Shown here: in pieces, positions 8,526 to 20,022 of the stretch
How the letters are laid out: the number at the start of each line of letters is the position of its first letter
Position numbering within the stretch: position 1 is the first letter of the stretch
Source: an uncultured Actinomycetes bacterium
GTDB taxonomy: Bacteria; Actinomycetota; Thermoleophilia; UBA2241
Reading direction: 5' to 3'
Assembly (NCBI GenBank): GCA_963725665.1
Contig: CAVRZA010000006.1
Coordinates: 480,001 to 544,000 of the forward strand
Length of the DNA: 64,000 nt
Program-made: the position numbers and the translations under genes
The notes under the pieces: generated by a model
Databases searched by the model: none
The model's input: the letters and a program-made list of their open reading frames with translations, nothing else
What the model was told of the DNA's origin: nothing

Positions 8526-10098
8526 GCATGTCCCCGCTTTCGTCCTCGTGCTCCCACGTCTGGTCATCATCCTCTTCTTCGAGACCGGCGGAGCGCACCG
8601 CCTCGACGGCGAGGGGAAGGGTGTCGAGCAAGTCGCCGGCGACCATGCCGTCGGTGCCGACCTCGCTCGCCGCGATGTCGGCGGCGAGGCCGTGCAGGTA
8701 GCCGCCGAGGCAGGCCGCGTCGGCGGGCGGCAGACCCTTGGCGAGCTGACCGGCGATGACGCCGGTCAGCACATCGCCCGTTCCCGGCGTCGCCAGACCT
8801 GGGTTGCCGGTGGGGATGACGTACGCCTTGCCGCCCGGCTCGGCGACGATGCTGTGCGAGCCCTTCAGCAGGACGACGGCGTTGCTGCGCGCGGCGGCCT
8901 CGCGCGCATGCGCGAGCCGCCGCGCGGCGACCTCCTGGGCCGACGTGCCCAGCAGGCGCGCCAGCTCGCCCTCGTGCGGCGTGAGCACCGTCGGTGCCGA
9001 ACGCCCGTGCAGCAGGTTCAGCTCGCCGGAGAGCGCCCACAGGCCGTCGGCGTCGATCAGCAGCGGCGCCGGCTCCTTGATGAGCTCGCGCACGAGGGCG
9101 ACGGTCTCGTCGGCCCGGCCCATGCCGGGCCCTAAGGCCGTCGCCTGCATCTCCCGCATCTCGGCCTTGAGGGCGGCGGCGCTGGCCGCGCCCAGACGAC
9201 CCTTGCCGGGCGCCGGCCGGTTGATGACCTCGATGAAGGGCTTCTCGCCGGCCAGGTCGGCGGGCAGCGCGCAGTGCACCAGGCCGGCGCCCGAGCGCAG
9301 GGCGCCCATGGCGGCCAGCGCCGCCGCCCCCGTCATGCCCGCGCTGCCGCCGATCACCAGGACGCGCCCCACGGAGCGCTTGTGGTCGCTCGGCCCCTTG
9401 GGCCGCAGCAGCGGTTCGAGTCCCTCGAGCGTGAGGACCCAGACATCGGTCTCCTCGTCGCAGGTCGGCGGGATGCCTATCGGCACCACGACGACGTGAC
9501 CGGCGCAGTCTGCGCCTGGCGTGACGAAGTGGCCTATCTTCGGCGCGTGCAAAGCGACGGTGACGTCGGCCAACACGGCCGGCCCGGCGACCTCGCCCGA
9601 GCTGGCATCGACGCCCGAGGGGATGTCGATGGCGACCACGTCGGCGATGGAGTCGTTGATGACCTCGATGGCCTCGGCCGCCGCTCCCTCGGCGGCGCCC
9701 GAGAACCCGGTGCCGAAAACGGCGTCGACGACCACGTCGGCCCCGTCGGGCACCTCCACGCCGTCGACGATCTCGAGCCCCAGGCGCTCGGCGATGTCGA
9801 GATTCAGCTTGGCGTCGCCCTTGTAGCCCTTGCGCCCTCCGACCGCATACACGCTAACGTCGACGCCGGCGCCGACGAGCTCGCGCGCGACGACGAAGCC
9901 GTCGCCGCCGTTGTTGCCCTTGCCGGCGTAGATCACGGCTCGTTCGGGCGCGAAGCGGCGCACGACCTCGCGCGCGACCGCCGCGCCGGCGCGTTCCATG
10001 AGGTGCCCGCCGGGTATCCCCAAACTCTCGATCGCCGCCGTGTCGACGGCACGCATCTGCTCGGCGGTGTAGAGCCCCACAAGCAGAGACTGGAGCAT
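8515..10098 (-). CDS. nnr: Bifunctional NAD(P)H-hydrate epimerase/dehydratase
   Basis: LMERAG, GKGNNGGDG, VDAVFGTG, DIPSG, GMTGAA, GPGMG, IDADGL, LTPHEGE, ATPGTGDVL. Confidence 0.93.
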   Translation of the reverse strand: MLQSLLVGLYTAEQMRAVDTAAIESLGIPGGHLMERAGAAVAREVVRRFAPERAVIYAGKGNNGGDGFVVARELVGAGVDVSVYAVGGRKGYKGDAKLNLDIAERLGLEIVDGVEVPDGADVVVDAVFGTGFSGAAEGAAAEAIEVINDSIADVVAIDIPSGVDASSGEVAGPAVLADVTVALHAPKIGHFVTPGADCAGHVVVVPIGIPPTCDEETDVWVLTLEGLEPLLRPKGPSDHKRSVGRVLVIGGSAGMTGAAALAAMGALRSGAGLVHCALPADLAGEKPFIEVINRPAPGKGRLGAASAAALKAEMREMQATALGPGMGRADETVALVRELIKEPAPLLIDADGLWALSGELNLLHGRSAPTVLTPHEGELARLLGTSAQEVAARRLAHAREAAARSNAVVLLKGSHSIVAEPGGKAYVIPTGNPGLATPGTGDVLTGVIAGQLAKGLPPADAACLGGYLHGLAADIAASEVGTDGMVAGDLLDTLPLAVEAVRSAGLEEEDDDQTWEHEDESGDMHGH

Positions 10099-10099
10099 G

Positions 10100-10489
10100 T
10101 CAGCTGTCCTCCTTGATGGCGGCCGCCACGGCGTACGCCTGCTCGTCGGTGTGGCTGAGCGAGAGCTCGACGCGCGTGACGCCGAGCTCGCCGGCGATGC
10201 GCGCGACACGTCCGTGCAGCGCGACCCTGGGCTTGCCGCCCGAGAGCACCTCGATCTCGCGCCAGCCGAAGCCGATGATACCGATGCCCAACGCCTTTCC
10301 GACAGCTTCTTTGGCCGCGAAGCGGGCGGCGAAGCGCGGGTACGGGTTCACGAAGCGGGCGCAGTACTCGCGCTCCTGCGCGGTGAAGAGGCGCTCGCGG
10401 GCGGCCGGCAGGCGCTCGAGGAAGCGCCGCATGCGGACGACCTCGAGCGCATCGATGCCCACGCCCTCGATACCGACCGCGCTAGCCAT
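10100..10489 (-). CDS. acpS: Holo-[acyl-carrier-protein] synthase
   Basis: GVGID, FAARFAAKEAVGKALG, LSLSH. Confidence 0.93.
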   Translation of the reverse strand: MASAVGIEGVGIDALEVVRMRRFLERLPAARERLFTAQEREYCARFVNPYPRFAARFAAKEAVGKALGIGIIGFGWREIEVLSGGKPRVALHGRVARIAGELGVTRVELSLSHTDEQAYAVAAAIKEDS

Positions 10490-10560
10490 CGCGCGCCGTT
10501 CCCGCGATGTCGGCCCCGCTAGCCATCCCGTTCCACGTTACCCCTCGCACCCCGCGTCTC

Positions 10561-12402
<1,842 letters not shown>

Positions 12403-12437
12403 GCTTCCTCGCTTTCGTGCAGGGCGCGCGTATCAGG

Positions 12438-12629
12438 GGCACGTTCGAGCCGCTTTGTTCCCGGCGTCACCGCCGGGGTTTGTCGACTCGATGACGACCG
12501 TGCCGGGCCGGGAGGCACCCGCCGAAGACTTCGATGAACCTCCCCCTCGTCACCCGCCTGCCGGTTGCGGCTCGCTCGAGGATGGACTGCCACCCCCGGC
12601 GGCTGCGGACCGGAGCGGGTCTGGCGCTT
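12438..12629 (-). ncRNA. glmS ribozyme (GlcN6P-activated self-cleaving RNA)
   Basis: Minus strand reads AAGCGCCAG-ACCCGC...GCGGGT-GACGAGGGGGAGGTTCATCGAAGTCTTCGGCGGGTGCCTCCCGG-CCCGGCACGGTCG...ACAAACCCCGGCGGTGACGCCGGGAACAAAG...CGTGCC. This gives the AGCGCC cleavage site, the P2 core, P4 and the P3.1 pseudoknot, directly upstream of glmS. Confidence 0.93.
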
Positions 12630-12735
12630 GCTAGCGTTCGACCCGATCGCGCGCGTTTGGATCTAGCTCCGGACTCCCCCCTGGCACTCGCCTCCTCCCG
12701 GCCCGTTCGTCATCGACACCGTGACGGCGCTGATT

Positions 12736-14073
12736 CTACCCGAGGTCGTTGGCGATCACGCCGGCCAGGCGCTTGCAGACGGCGTCACACTCGTCCATCG
12801 TCGGCGCCTCGACCATGATGCGCACGAGCGGTTCGGTACCCGAGGGACGCACCAGGATGCGACCGCCGTCGCCGAGGCGGTCGCTCTCGCGAGCGACCGC
12901 CTCCCAGACGGCGGTCGCCTCCTCCAGCCGGCTCCTGTCGCGCACTGGCACGTTGAGAAGCTTCTGCGGCAGGCGCTGCATGATCTTCGCCGCCTCGTGC
13001 AGAGGCGCGCCCATCTCGCTCAGCGCCTGCAGCAGCAGGAGGCTCGTGGCGAGGCCGTCGCCGGTCGTCGAGACCTCACGGTTGATGACGTGCCCCGACT
13101 GTTCGCCGCCCAGGACGTAGTCGCCGCGCAGCATCTCGGCGATGACGTAGCGGTCGCCGACGGCCGTCGTGACGACGTCGATACCCTCGCGCTCCATCGC
13201 GCGCCGGAACCCCAGGTTGGTCATCACCGTCGTCACCACGGTGTCGCGCCGCAGCCGTCCGCTGTTCTTGAGATGGGTCGCGAGGATGGCGATGATGAAG
13301 TCGCCGTCGACGAGCTCGCCGGTCGAATCGACCGCGAGCATGCGGTCGCCGTCGCCGTCGTAGGCCAGCCCCAGATCGAGACCGCCGCGGCGCACCGCCT
13401 CCTGCAGCCCCTGGATGTGCGTCGACCCGCAGCCGGCGTTGATGTTGCGTCCGTCGGGGTCGGCGCAGAGCACGACTACGTCGGCGCCGGACTCCGAAAG
13501 GCCCAGCGGCGCGGCGCGGTACATGGCGCCGTTGGCGCAGTCGACGGCGATGCGCAGACCGGAGAGGTCCAGCGGGATGCGGCGCACGACGTCCCAGACG
13601 TAGCTCTCGAGGGCGCCCTCGATCGTCTCCGCGCTGCCGATGCCAGTGCCGGAGCGCACGGAGAGGTGCCCGCTCGCCACGCGCGTCTCTATCTCCGCCT
13701 CCTCCTCGTCGGAGAGCTTGAGACCCTCGTCGCTGAAGAACTTGATGCCGTTGTCGTCGAAGGGGTTGTGCGAGGCCGAGATGACGACGCCGGCGTCGGC
13801 GCCGCGCTTGAGGACAAGCGCGGCGAGCCCCGGCGTCGGCATGATCCCGGCCATCTCGGCGCGCCCGCCGGCGCTGGTTATGCCGGCGACGAGGGCGGCT
13901 TCGAGCATCGGCCCCGAGAGACGCGTGTCGCGCCCCACCAGGAAGAGCGGGTGTTCGCCGTGGCGCTCGGCCAGGACGACGGCCGCCGCCCTCCCCACCT
14001 GCATGGCGAGCTCCGGGCTCAGACGATCGCCCGCGACTCCCCGGATGCCATCGGTCCCGAAAAGGGTCGTCAT
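12736..14073 (-). CDS. glmM: Phosphoglucosamine mutase
   Basis: LFGTDGIRG, GRDTRLSG, VISASHNP, DGDGDR, GGEQSGH, RPSGTEP. Confidence 0.97.
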   Translation of the reverse strand: MTTLFGTDGIRGVAGDRLSPELAMQVGRAAAVVLAERHGEHPLFLVGRDTRLSGPMLEAALVAGITSAGGRAEMAGIMPTPGLAALVLKRGADAGVVISASHNPFDDNGIKFFSDEGLKLSDEEEAEIETRVASGHLSVRSGTGIGSAETIEGALESYVWDVVRRIPLDLSGLRIAVDCANGAMYRAAPLGLSESGADVVVLCADPDGRNINAGCGSTHIQGLQEAVRRGGLDLGLAYDGDGDRMLAVDSTGELVDGDFIIAILATHLKNSGRLRRDTVVTTVMTNLGFRRAMEREGIDVVTTAVGDRYVIAEMLRGDYVLGGEQSGHVINREVSTTGDGLATSLLLLQALSEMGAPLHEAAKIMQRLPQKLLNVPVRDRSRLEEATAVWEAVARESDRLGDGGRILVRPSGTEPLVRIMVEAPTMDECDAVCKRLAGVIANDLG

Positions 14074-14206
14074 TGCTTTCGCAACCTGCCTCGCTCGGCC
14101 GTTCCCGCGCGCCGACCGCGTCGCTTGCGTCGCGCGGCGGATGACTATGCTACGCGGCTCGCCGGGAGCAGGCAAACCCGCCTGCCGAACGCCCCCGAGA
14201 CCGCCG

Positions 14207-15277
14207 TCAGCCGGTAGCCTGGCCCGGCGCCAAGGCCCTCGCCAGGCTCCGGGCGAAGACCGCCGTCCACTTGTCGCGCCCGGGTCCCCGCAGGTGAAAG
14301 AAGTCGGCGAAGTCGTCGGCCTGCAGACGCGCCTGGGGCTGGACGTCGATGTATGCGACGCCTTCGCGGCTTGCCAGCTCGCGGATGCTCGCCCGGTAGC
14401 GCGCCAGGAACGCCTGCCAGGCGGACCCGCTGGCCTCGGGCGCCAGCGGCTGCTCGAAGAGCGCGACGGTGAATCCCCGTTCGCGACCGAGACGGACGAT
14501 CTCCGCCAGGACGGCGAGGTTGTAGGTCGCGTACCGGGCGTAGAGCTGTCTCTCGCGCGCGAGCTCCTCCCGGCTACCGGCGATCCTGGCGCCCATGTCG
14601 GCGATCTGGTCGTCCGCGTAGTAGTGGTCGGCGCGGGCGACGCTGGTCAGCCAGGGTGAGCTCAGCGAAGCGCGTGAACGGACATAGCTGACGGCGAAGT
14701 CGAGGATGCCGGGCAGGAGCCCGGGGAGACGCCGGCTCACCTCGACACGGCCGGCGAGTACCCCGGCCAGATGTGGGCTCGTCAGCGCCAGCGGTCTGCC
14801 CTCGAGCTGGCGGGCGTCGGTCTGCGGGGACGCCGTCAGGCGGTTCGGTGAGACGCCGACCGCAAGAAGGCTGCGGCCTGCGGGGAGATTGTCGAGGATC
14901 GCCAGCGTCTGCCCCGGGCTCTGGTCGTGGGCGGCGAGATCGACCACCTCGACCGGAGTGCCGGCTGCCGCGGTGACCGCGTCGGAGAGCGCGCCTTCGC
15001 TGCGCATCAGCTCCATCGTGGCCGAGCCGCCGAACAGGTAGACGACCGGCAGTGAGGGCGGGTGCTTCTTCAAGTGGGCGACGCGGAACGAGACGTGCAC
15101 GTAGTCGTCGTTGGGGATGCGCAGCATGCGCGCCTCGGGGATGACGACGAAGGCCTGCCGCGCGACGAAAAGCTGGAGACCGGTGAGGATGCCCACGACC
15201 GCAAGCAGGGCCGCAGCAAGCGCCAGCGGCGTGTGGTCGCGAAATCCGTCTGCGAACTTGCGACGCCTGCTTCTCAT
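14207..15277 (-). CDS. Membrane-anchored SGNH-hydrolase-like protein (DltD/AlgJ-like)
   Basis: N-terminal TM helix, block I-like LFGGSAT and C-terminal DxxH (DFFH). Confidence 0.55.
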   Translation of the reverse strand: MRSRRRKFADGFRDHTPLALAAALLAVVGILTGLQLFVARQAFVVIPEARMLRIPNDDYVHVSFRVAHLKKHPPSLPVVYLFGGSATMELMRSEGALSDAVTAAAGTPVEVVDLAAHDQSPGQTLAILDNLPAGRSLLAVGVSPNRLTASPQTDARQLEGRPLALTSPHLAGVLAGRVEVSRRLPGLLPGILDFAVSYVRSRASLSSPWLTSVARADHYYADDQIADMGARIAGSREELARERQLYARYATYNLAVLAEIVRLGRERGFTVALFEQPLAPEASGSAWQAFLARYRASIRELASREGVAYIDVQPQARLQADDFADFFHLRGPGRDKWTAVFARSLARALAPGQATG

Positions 15278-15340
15278 GTCAGCGGACCATCAGTCTACCG
15301 ATGAGAGCTGCGAGCCACGGCACACCGCCGTGACCGACGG

Positions 15341-15733
15341 TCAGCGCTTGCTGAACTGCGGCCGCTTGCGCGCGCCCTTGAGGCCGGCCTTCTTGCGCTC
15401 GACCTCGCGCGGGTCGCGCGTGAGGAAGCCGGCCCGCTTGAGGGGCAGCCGCAGGTTCTCGTCGGCCTCCACGAGGGCGCGCGCGATGCCGTGCCGGATG
15501 GCGCCGGCCTGACCGGCCGGACCACCCCCGTACACGTTCACCTTGACGTCGAACTTGGCCTGCGTGCGGGTCGTCTCGAAGGGCATCACGGCGACGGTCT
15601 GCAGAACCTTGCGCCCGAAGTAGTCGTCGAGCTCCTTGCCGTTCACGAGCATCCGCCCGACACCGGGGGTGAGGATGACGCGCGCGACGCTCGTCTTGCG
15701 CTTGCCGGTCGCTGCATAGGTGACTGCTGCCAC
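15341..15733 (-). CDS. rpsI: 30S ribosomal protein S9
   Basis: [30 protein letters not shown]-terminal PQFSKR. Confidence 0.98.
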   Translation of the reverse strand: MAAVTYAATGKRKTSVARVILTPGVGRMLVNGKELDDYFGRKVLQTVAVMPFETTRTQAKFDVKVNVYGGGPAGQAGAIRHGIARALVEADENLRLPLKRAGFLTRDPREVERKKAGLKGARKRPQFSKR

Positions 15734-15734
15734 G

Positions 15735-16169
15735 TTACTCCTTGACCTCGAGGATCTCGGGATGCTGCGCCTCGTGCGGGTGCTCAGGCCCGGCGTAGAC
15801 CTTGAGCTTACGCAGCTGAGCCGCGCCAAGCTTGTTGTGGGGAAGCATACCCTTGACCGCCTTGCGCACGATCTCGGCGGGTCTGCGCGCCAACAGCCTC
15901 TCGTAGCTCTCGCCCTTGATGCCGCCCGGATACCCGGAATGGCGCCAGTAGATCTTCTGCTCGGCCTTCTTGCCGGTCACGACGATCTTCTCGGCGTTGA
16001 CGACGACGACGAAGTCGCCGGTGTCGATGTTGGGCGTGTAGATGGGCTTACGCTTGCCGCGCAAGGTGTCGGCGACCACGGTGGAGAGGCGGCCCAGCGT
16101 CTTGCCCGACGCGTCGACCACGTACCACTTCTTCTCGATCTCGTGTGGTTTTGCGACGTAGGTCTTCAT
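15735..16169 (-). CDS. rplM: 50S ribosomal protein L13
   Basis: [43 protein letters not shown]. Confidence 0.98.
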   Translation of the reverse strand: MKTYVAKPHEIEKKWYVVDASGKTLGRLSTVVADTLRGKRKPIYTPNIDTGDFVVVVNAEKIVVTGKKAEQKIYWRHSGYPGGIKGESYERLLARRPAEIVRKAVKGMLPHNKLGAAQLRKLKVYAGPEHPHEAQHPEILEVKE

Positions 16170-16209
16170 AAGCGAAAAAGCGCGCGCCGACGGCGGCACG
16201 CGAGCGGGT

Positions 16210-16238
16210 AGTCTACAGCGCGACGGGGGGCATTGCAA
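16210..16238 (-). promoter_or_regulatory. Housekeeping sigma promoter of rplM-rpsI
   Basis: Minus strand TTGCAA-17 nt-TAGACT, about 40 nt upstream of the rplM ATG. Confidence 0.65.
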
Positions 16239-16320
16239 GGCGAGCCGTCGCCACGGGGGCACGTGGGGCCGGGTCTCCGGCCGGTCGCCGCAGCAAGAGG
16301 GCGAGAAGGCCCGAGCCGGC

Positions 16321-17142
16321 CTAGCTCGCTTCTCCCGGCTCTTCGAGACGCCGCAGCTCGACCATGTCGCCGGGTGAAAGCGAGAGCACGTCGCGAGCCG
16401 ACCCGGTGTTGACGGCCAGCGCCGCCTGGCCGTAGCTGTCGATGAGCAGCACGATGTCGCTGGGCCGCACTGACGCGAACGTGCGCGCTACCTGCGCCAG
16501 GTAGCGCTCGCCTGCGCACACGACCTCGATCCGCTCCCCCAGCTTGGCGCGCTGGAGCTCCTCCAGGTCGAGGTTCAGCGCGATATTGCCGAAGCGGTCG
16601 ATGAGCACGGCCTGCGCGCGCAACCCGTGGCGCGTGCGCTTGGGCGGCGGTAGCTCGAGTGTCACGAGCGAGGCAGGTTCGATCTCGCGGCCGGCCTCCT
16701 CGAAGGGCAGGCCGGCCGCGACGTGGGCGGCCACCGGTGCCAAGACGTCGCGACCGTGGAAGGTCGCCGAGAGCGGCGTCAGCCAAAGCTCCTCGTTGGT
16801 CAGCTCGCGCGCCTCGACCACCCCGCCGTCGGCCGCCGCCGCCAGCGTGAGCAGGCCGTTGTCGGGGCCGACGAACACCCGATCGCTCGCCGACCTCAGG
16901 GCGATGGCGCGGCGCTGCCAGCCGACCATCGGGTCGACCACCGCCAGGTGGACCGCCCCGTCGGGCATGTAGGGGAGCGTGTTGCGCAGCACGAAGGCGC
17001 CCCCCAACACGTCGTGACGCGCGATGCCGTGGCTGATGTCGATGACGTGCACGTCGGGCGCCAGGCGCTTGATGACGCCGCGGCACGTGCCGGCAAAGTC
17101 GTCGGCGTACCCGTAGTCGCTGAGGAAGCAGACCGCACGCAT
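16321..17142 (-). CDS. SAM hydrolase/SAM-dependent halogenase family protein (DUF62)
   Basis: [50 protein letters not shown]. Confidence 0.9.
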   Translation of the reverse strand: MRAVCFLSDYGYADDFAGTCRGVIKRLAPDVHVIDISHGIARHDVLGGAFVLRNTLPYMPDGAVHLAVVDPMVGWQRRAIALRSASDRVFVGPDNGLLTLAAAADGGVVEARELTNEELWLTPLSATFHGRDVLAPVAAHVAAGLPFEEAGREIEPASLVTLELPPPKRTRHGLRAQAVLIDRFGNIALNLDLEELQRAKLGERIEVVCAGERYLAQVARTFASVRPSDIVLLIDSYGQAALAVNTGSARDVLSLSPGDMVELRRLEEPGEAS

Positions 17143-17335
17143 GACGCCTGCCATCTTACTCCCCAAGGACGGCCCGGGAGCCGCGGCCGTAGACGTTTGT
17201 CTCAGAGGAAGACGAGCGTGGACGGGCAGCCTACTAGCGAGAGCACGCATGAGACAGGCGGGCGAGACAGGTAGTGAAACCATGAAAGACGAACCTTTGA
17301 GAACGCTAGGACGACCCGAGGAGACCAGAAAAGCC

Positions 17336-19945
17336 ATGAGAACAAGACCGCTGAGAATCGTCAGGCTGCTTGCGCTGAGCCTCTTGGGCGCCTTCTGCCT
17401 CGCCCTCCTGGTGCCTCTTGGAGTGGCGGGGGCGGCCACGTTCGAGACGTGGACCCCTCAGAGCTCCGGCACCGCGCAATCCTTGTACGACGCCGCGTTC
17501 GTCAACTCGAAGACGGGCTGGGCGGTAGGGGCCGGCGGCACGATCCGCCACACCACCAACGGCGGCACCACCTGGACGGCGCAGACGTCGGGCACCACAC
17601 AGGCCCTCTACGCGGTGGCGTTCGTCGACGCCACCAAGGGTTGGGCGGTCGGCGGCAGAGGGACCATCATGCGGACCACCAACGGCGGCACCACCTGGAC
17701 GGCGCAGACGTCGGGCACCACGCAGACGCTCTACGCGGTGGCGTTCGTCGACGCCAACAACGGTTGGGCGGTCGGCGGCAGAGGGACCATCCGGCGGACC
17801 ACCAACGGCGGCACCACCTGGGCGGCGCAGACGTCGGGCACCACGCAGACGCTCTACGCGGTGGCGTTCGTCGACGCCAACAACGGTTGGGCGGTCGGCG
17901 GCAGAGGGACCGTCCGGCGGACCACCAACGGCGGCACCACCTGGAGCTCGCAGAGCGTGGGCGGCCGGCAGACCCTGTACGACGTCACCTTCAGCGACGT
18001 CAACAGCGGCTGGCTGGTCGGCTCCAGCGGCACGATCCGGCACACCACGAACGGCGGCGCTTCGTGGAGTACACAGAGCTCGGGGACTCGTCAGACCCTC
18101 TACGCCATCACCTTCGTCACTGCCGACGACGGCTGGGCGGTCGGTTCCGGGGGCACGATACGGCACACGACGAACGCCGGCTCTGTCTGGACGGGCGAGA
18201 CCTCCGGGACGACCCAGACACTGCGGAGCCTCTCGCGGTCGTCGGGCGCCCTCTGGGCGACTGGCTACGGAGGCACGATCCTGACGTGTCTACCCGATAC
18301 AGCACCCCCGACGACGACGGCGACCGGACTGCAGGCGGACGACCACTCGGGGTGGAGGAACGCGAGCCAGTCCGTGACCCTGGCGGCGAGCGACGGCAAG
18401 GGCTCCGGCGTGGCCGCCACCTACTACACGGTCGACGGCGGTCCGCAGCAGACCTACAGCGGCGCGTTCGCCGTCTCGGGCACCGGTCGGCACCCGGTGA
18501 CCTACTGGTCGGTCGACGTTGCCTCTAACGCCGAGATTGCGCACACCGGCTGGGTCAACATCGACATGGCGGCGCCGACCGTCGGCGACGACGCCGACGC
18601 GCTCTGGCACAACAGCGCCGTGACCGTGCAGCTGAACCCCGCCGATCTCGGCGGCAGCGGTCTCGCCGGCACGCAGTACCGCCAGCGGGGCTCGACCACG
18701 TGGGTCGCGACAGCCGGCGATGCCTTCACCGTGCCGGCACCGGCCGGTGGCGGCAACGACGGCGCCCACGCCTACGAGTACCGCGCTCTCGACAACGTCG
18801 GCAACGCCAGCGCGACCGGCAGCTGCACCGTGCGCATTGACACCACACCGGCGACCTGCGCGACCAGCGGCCTCGCCCCCGACCAACTCACCAGCTGGTC
18901 GACGACGGACCGGCAGGTGACGCTCTCGGCCGACGACGGCGCCGGCTCCGGCGTGGCCGCCGTCTACTACACCGTCGACGGCGGCGGCCAGCGCACCTAC
19001 GCCGGCGCTTTCACCGTCTCGGGCGTTGCGCAGCACCCGGTGACCTACTGGTCGGTCGACAGGGCCGGCAACGTCGAGGCCACCCGGACCGGATGGGTGA
19101 ACATTGCCACCTTCTACGCGGAGGCCACCGGCCTGGCGCCGGACGCCGACTCCGGCTGGCGCAACAGTGACGCCCCCGTGACCATCACCGCCGGCGGGGG
19201 CCCCGCGCCGCTGAGCGTCTCTTACAAGCTCGATGGGGGCGACTGGCAGACGGTCGCCGACGGCACCTCCTTCACGGTGTCCGGCGTGGGCCATCACACG
19301 GTCGTCTGCTACACGACGAACGGGATCGGCGAAACGTCCGTCCCGCTGACCGGCTACGTCAACATCGAGACGACGGCGCCCGTCACGGCGAGAGGCGCAG
19401 TGCCCGCCGGCTGGCGGCGTACCACGCTCACGGTGACGCTGCAGCCGACCGACGCGGACTCGGGTGTCGCATCGACCCTCTACAGCATCGACGGCGGGCC
19501 CGAGATCAACGGCACCTCGGTCACCCTCCAGGCTCCGTCAGACCACACCATGGACGGCGCCCACACGGTCAGGTACCACTCGGTCGACAACGCCGGCAAC
19601 GTCGAGGCGACGAAGAGCTTCGTGGTGCGCATCGACACACGCAAGCCCTCCACAAGGGCGCCGTACCGGGCGAGCGTGATCCGCAATGGCTACGCGAAGC
19701 TGCGCTGCAGGATCGTGGACGCGAAGCCCTGCGCCCTGTATGGATCGGCCCAGATCGTCGTCAAGAAGCTCAACGGGCGCGTCGCCCTGCGCAAGAGCTA
19801 CACCCACGTGCGCACCAACGCCCTCGTCAAGCTCAAGCTGCGCTGCAAGCTCGCCCGCGGCACGTACCGCTTCTTCGTCCTCGCCAAGGACGCCGCCGGC
19901 AACAAGCAGTCGAAGATCGGCCACAACAAGCTGATCGTGCGCTGA
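17336..19945 (+). CDS. Secreted YCF48/BNR-repeat beta-propeller protein with Ig-like modules and a basic C-terminal domain
   Basis: GAGGAG RBS and ATG 17336 with a signal peptide; 41-aa GWAVG..GTI..TTNGGTTW repeats; DT.PP.T...YWSVD.AGN modules; C-terminal DTRKPSTRAPYRASV...YRFFVLAKDAAGN...NKLIVR. Confidence 0.85.
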   Translation: MRTRPLRIVRLLALSLLGAFCLALLVPLGVAGAATFETWTPQSSGTAQSLYDAAFVNSKTGWAVGAGGTIRHTTNGGTTWTAQTSGTTQALYAVAFVDATKGWAVGGRGTIMRTTNGGTTWTAQTSGTTQTLYAVAFVDANNGWAVGGRGTIRRTTNGGTTWAAQTSGTTQTLYAVAFVDANNGWAVGGRGTVRRTTNGGTTWSSQSVGGRQTLYDVTFSDVNSGWLVGSSGTIRHTTNGGASWSTQSSGTRQTLYAITFVTADDGWAVGSGGTIRHTTNAGSVWTGETSGTTQTLRSLSRSSGALWATGYGGTILTCLPDTAPPTTTATGLQADDHSGWRNASQSVTLAASDGKGSGVAATYYTVDGGPQQTYSGAFAVSGTGRHPVTYWSVDVASNAEIAHTGWVNIDMAAPTVGDDADALWHNSAVTVQLNPADLGGSGLAGTQYRQRGSTTWVATAGDAFTVPAPAGGGNDGAHAYEYRALDNVGNASATGSCTVRIDTTPATCATSGLAPDQLTSWSTTDRQVTLSADDGAGSGVAAVYYTVDGGGQRTYAGAFTVSGVAQHPVTYWSVDRAGNVEATRTGWVNIATFYAEATGLAPDADSGWRNSDAPVTITAGGGPAPLSVSYKLDGGDWQTVADGTSFTVSGVGHHTVVCYTTNGIGETSVPLTGYVNIETTAPVTARGAVPAGWRRTTLTVTLQPTDADSGVASTLYSIDGGPEINGTSVTLQAPSDHTMDGAHTVRYHSVDNAGNVEATKSFVVRIDTRKPSTRAPYRASVIRNGYAKLRCRIVDAKPCALYGSAQIVVKKLNGRVALRKSYTHVRTNALVKLKLRCKLARGTYRFFVLAKDAAGNKQSKIGHNKLIVR
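17555..17945 (+). repeat. 123-bp near-identical tandem repeat (about 3 copies) within the propeller gene
   Basis: ACCAACGGCGGCACCACCTGG recurs at 17555, 17678, 17801 and 17924; the units differ by only a few bases. Confidence 0.9.
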
Positions 19946-19977
19946 CCGCGACGGCAGAGTAGCGCCAAGGCGCGATC

Positions 19978-20020
19978 GGGCGCGGGCGCGGGAGGCCGCA
20001 GGCCTCCCGCGCCCGTGCCC
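19978..20020. terminator. GC-rich hairpin between convergent genes
   Basis: GGGCGCGGGCGCGGGAGGCC-GCA-GGCCTCCCGCGCCCGTGCCC. Confidence 0.6.
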
Positions 20021-20022
20021 TG

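Noticed and set aside
16321-17142. Fluorinase or chlorinase natural-product gene
   Set aside because: It has the TFHGRD motif of the widespread SAM hydrolase branch and no biosynthetic cluster nearby.
17555-17945. Possible CRISPR array or DGR template/variable repeat
   Set aside because: The repeats are contiguous 123-bp in-frame coding units with no spacers, and no cas or reverse transcriptase gene is in the window.
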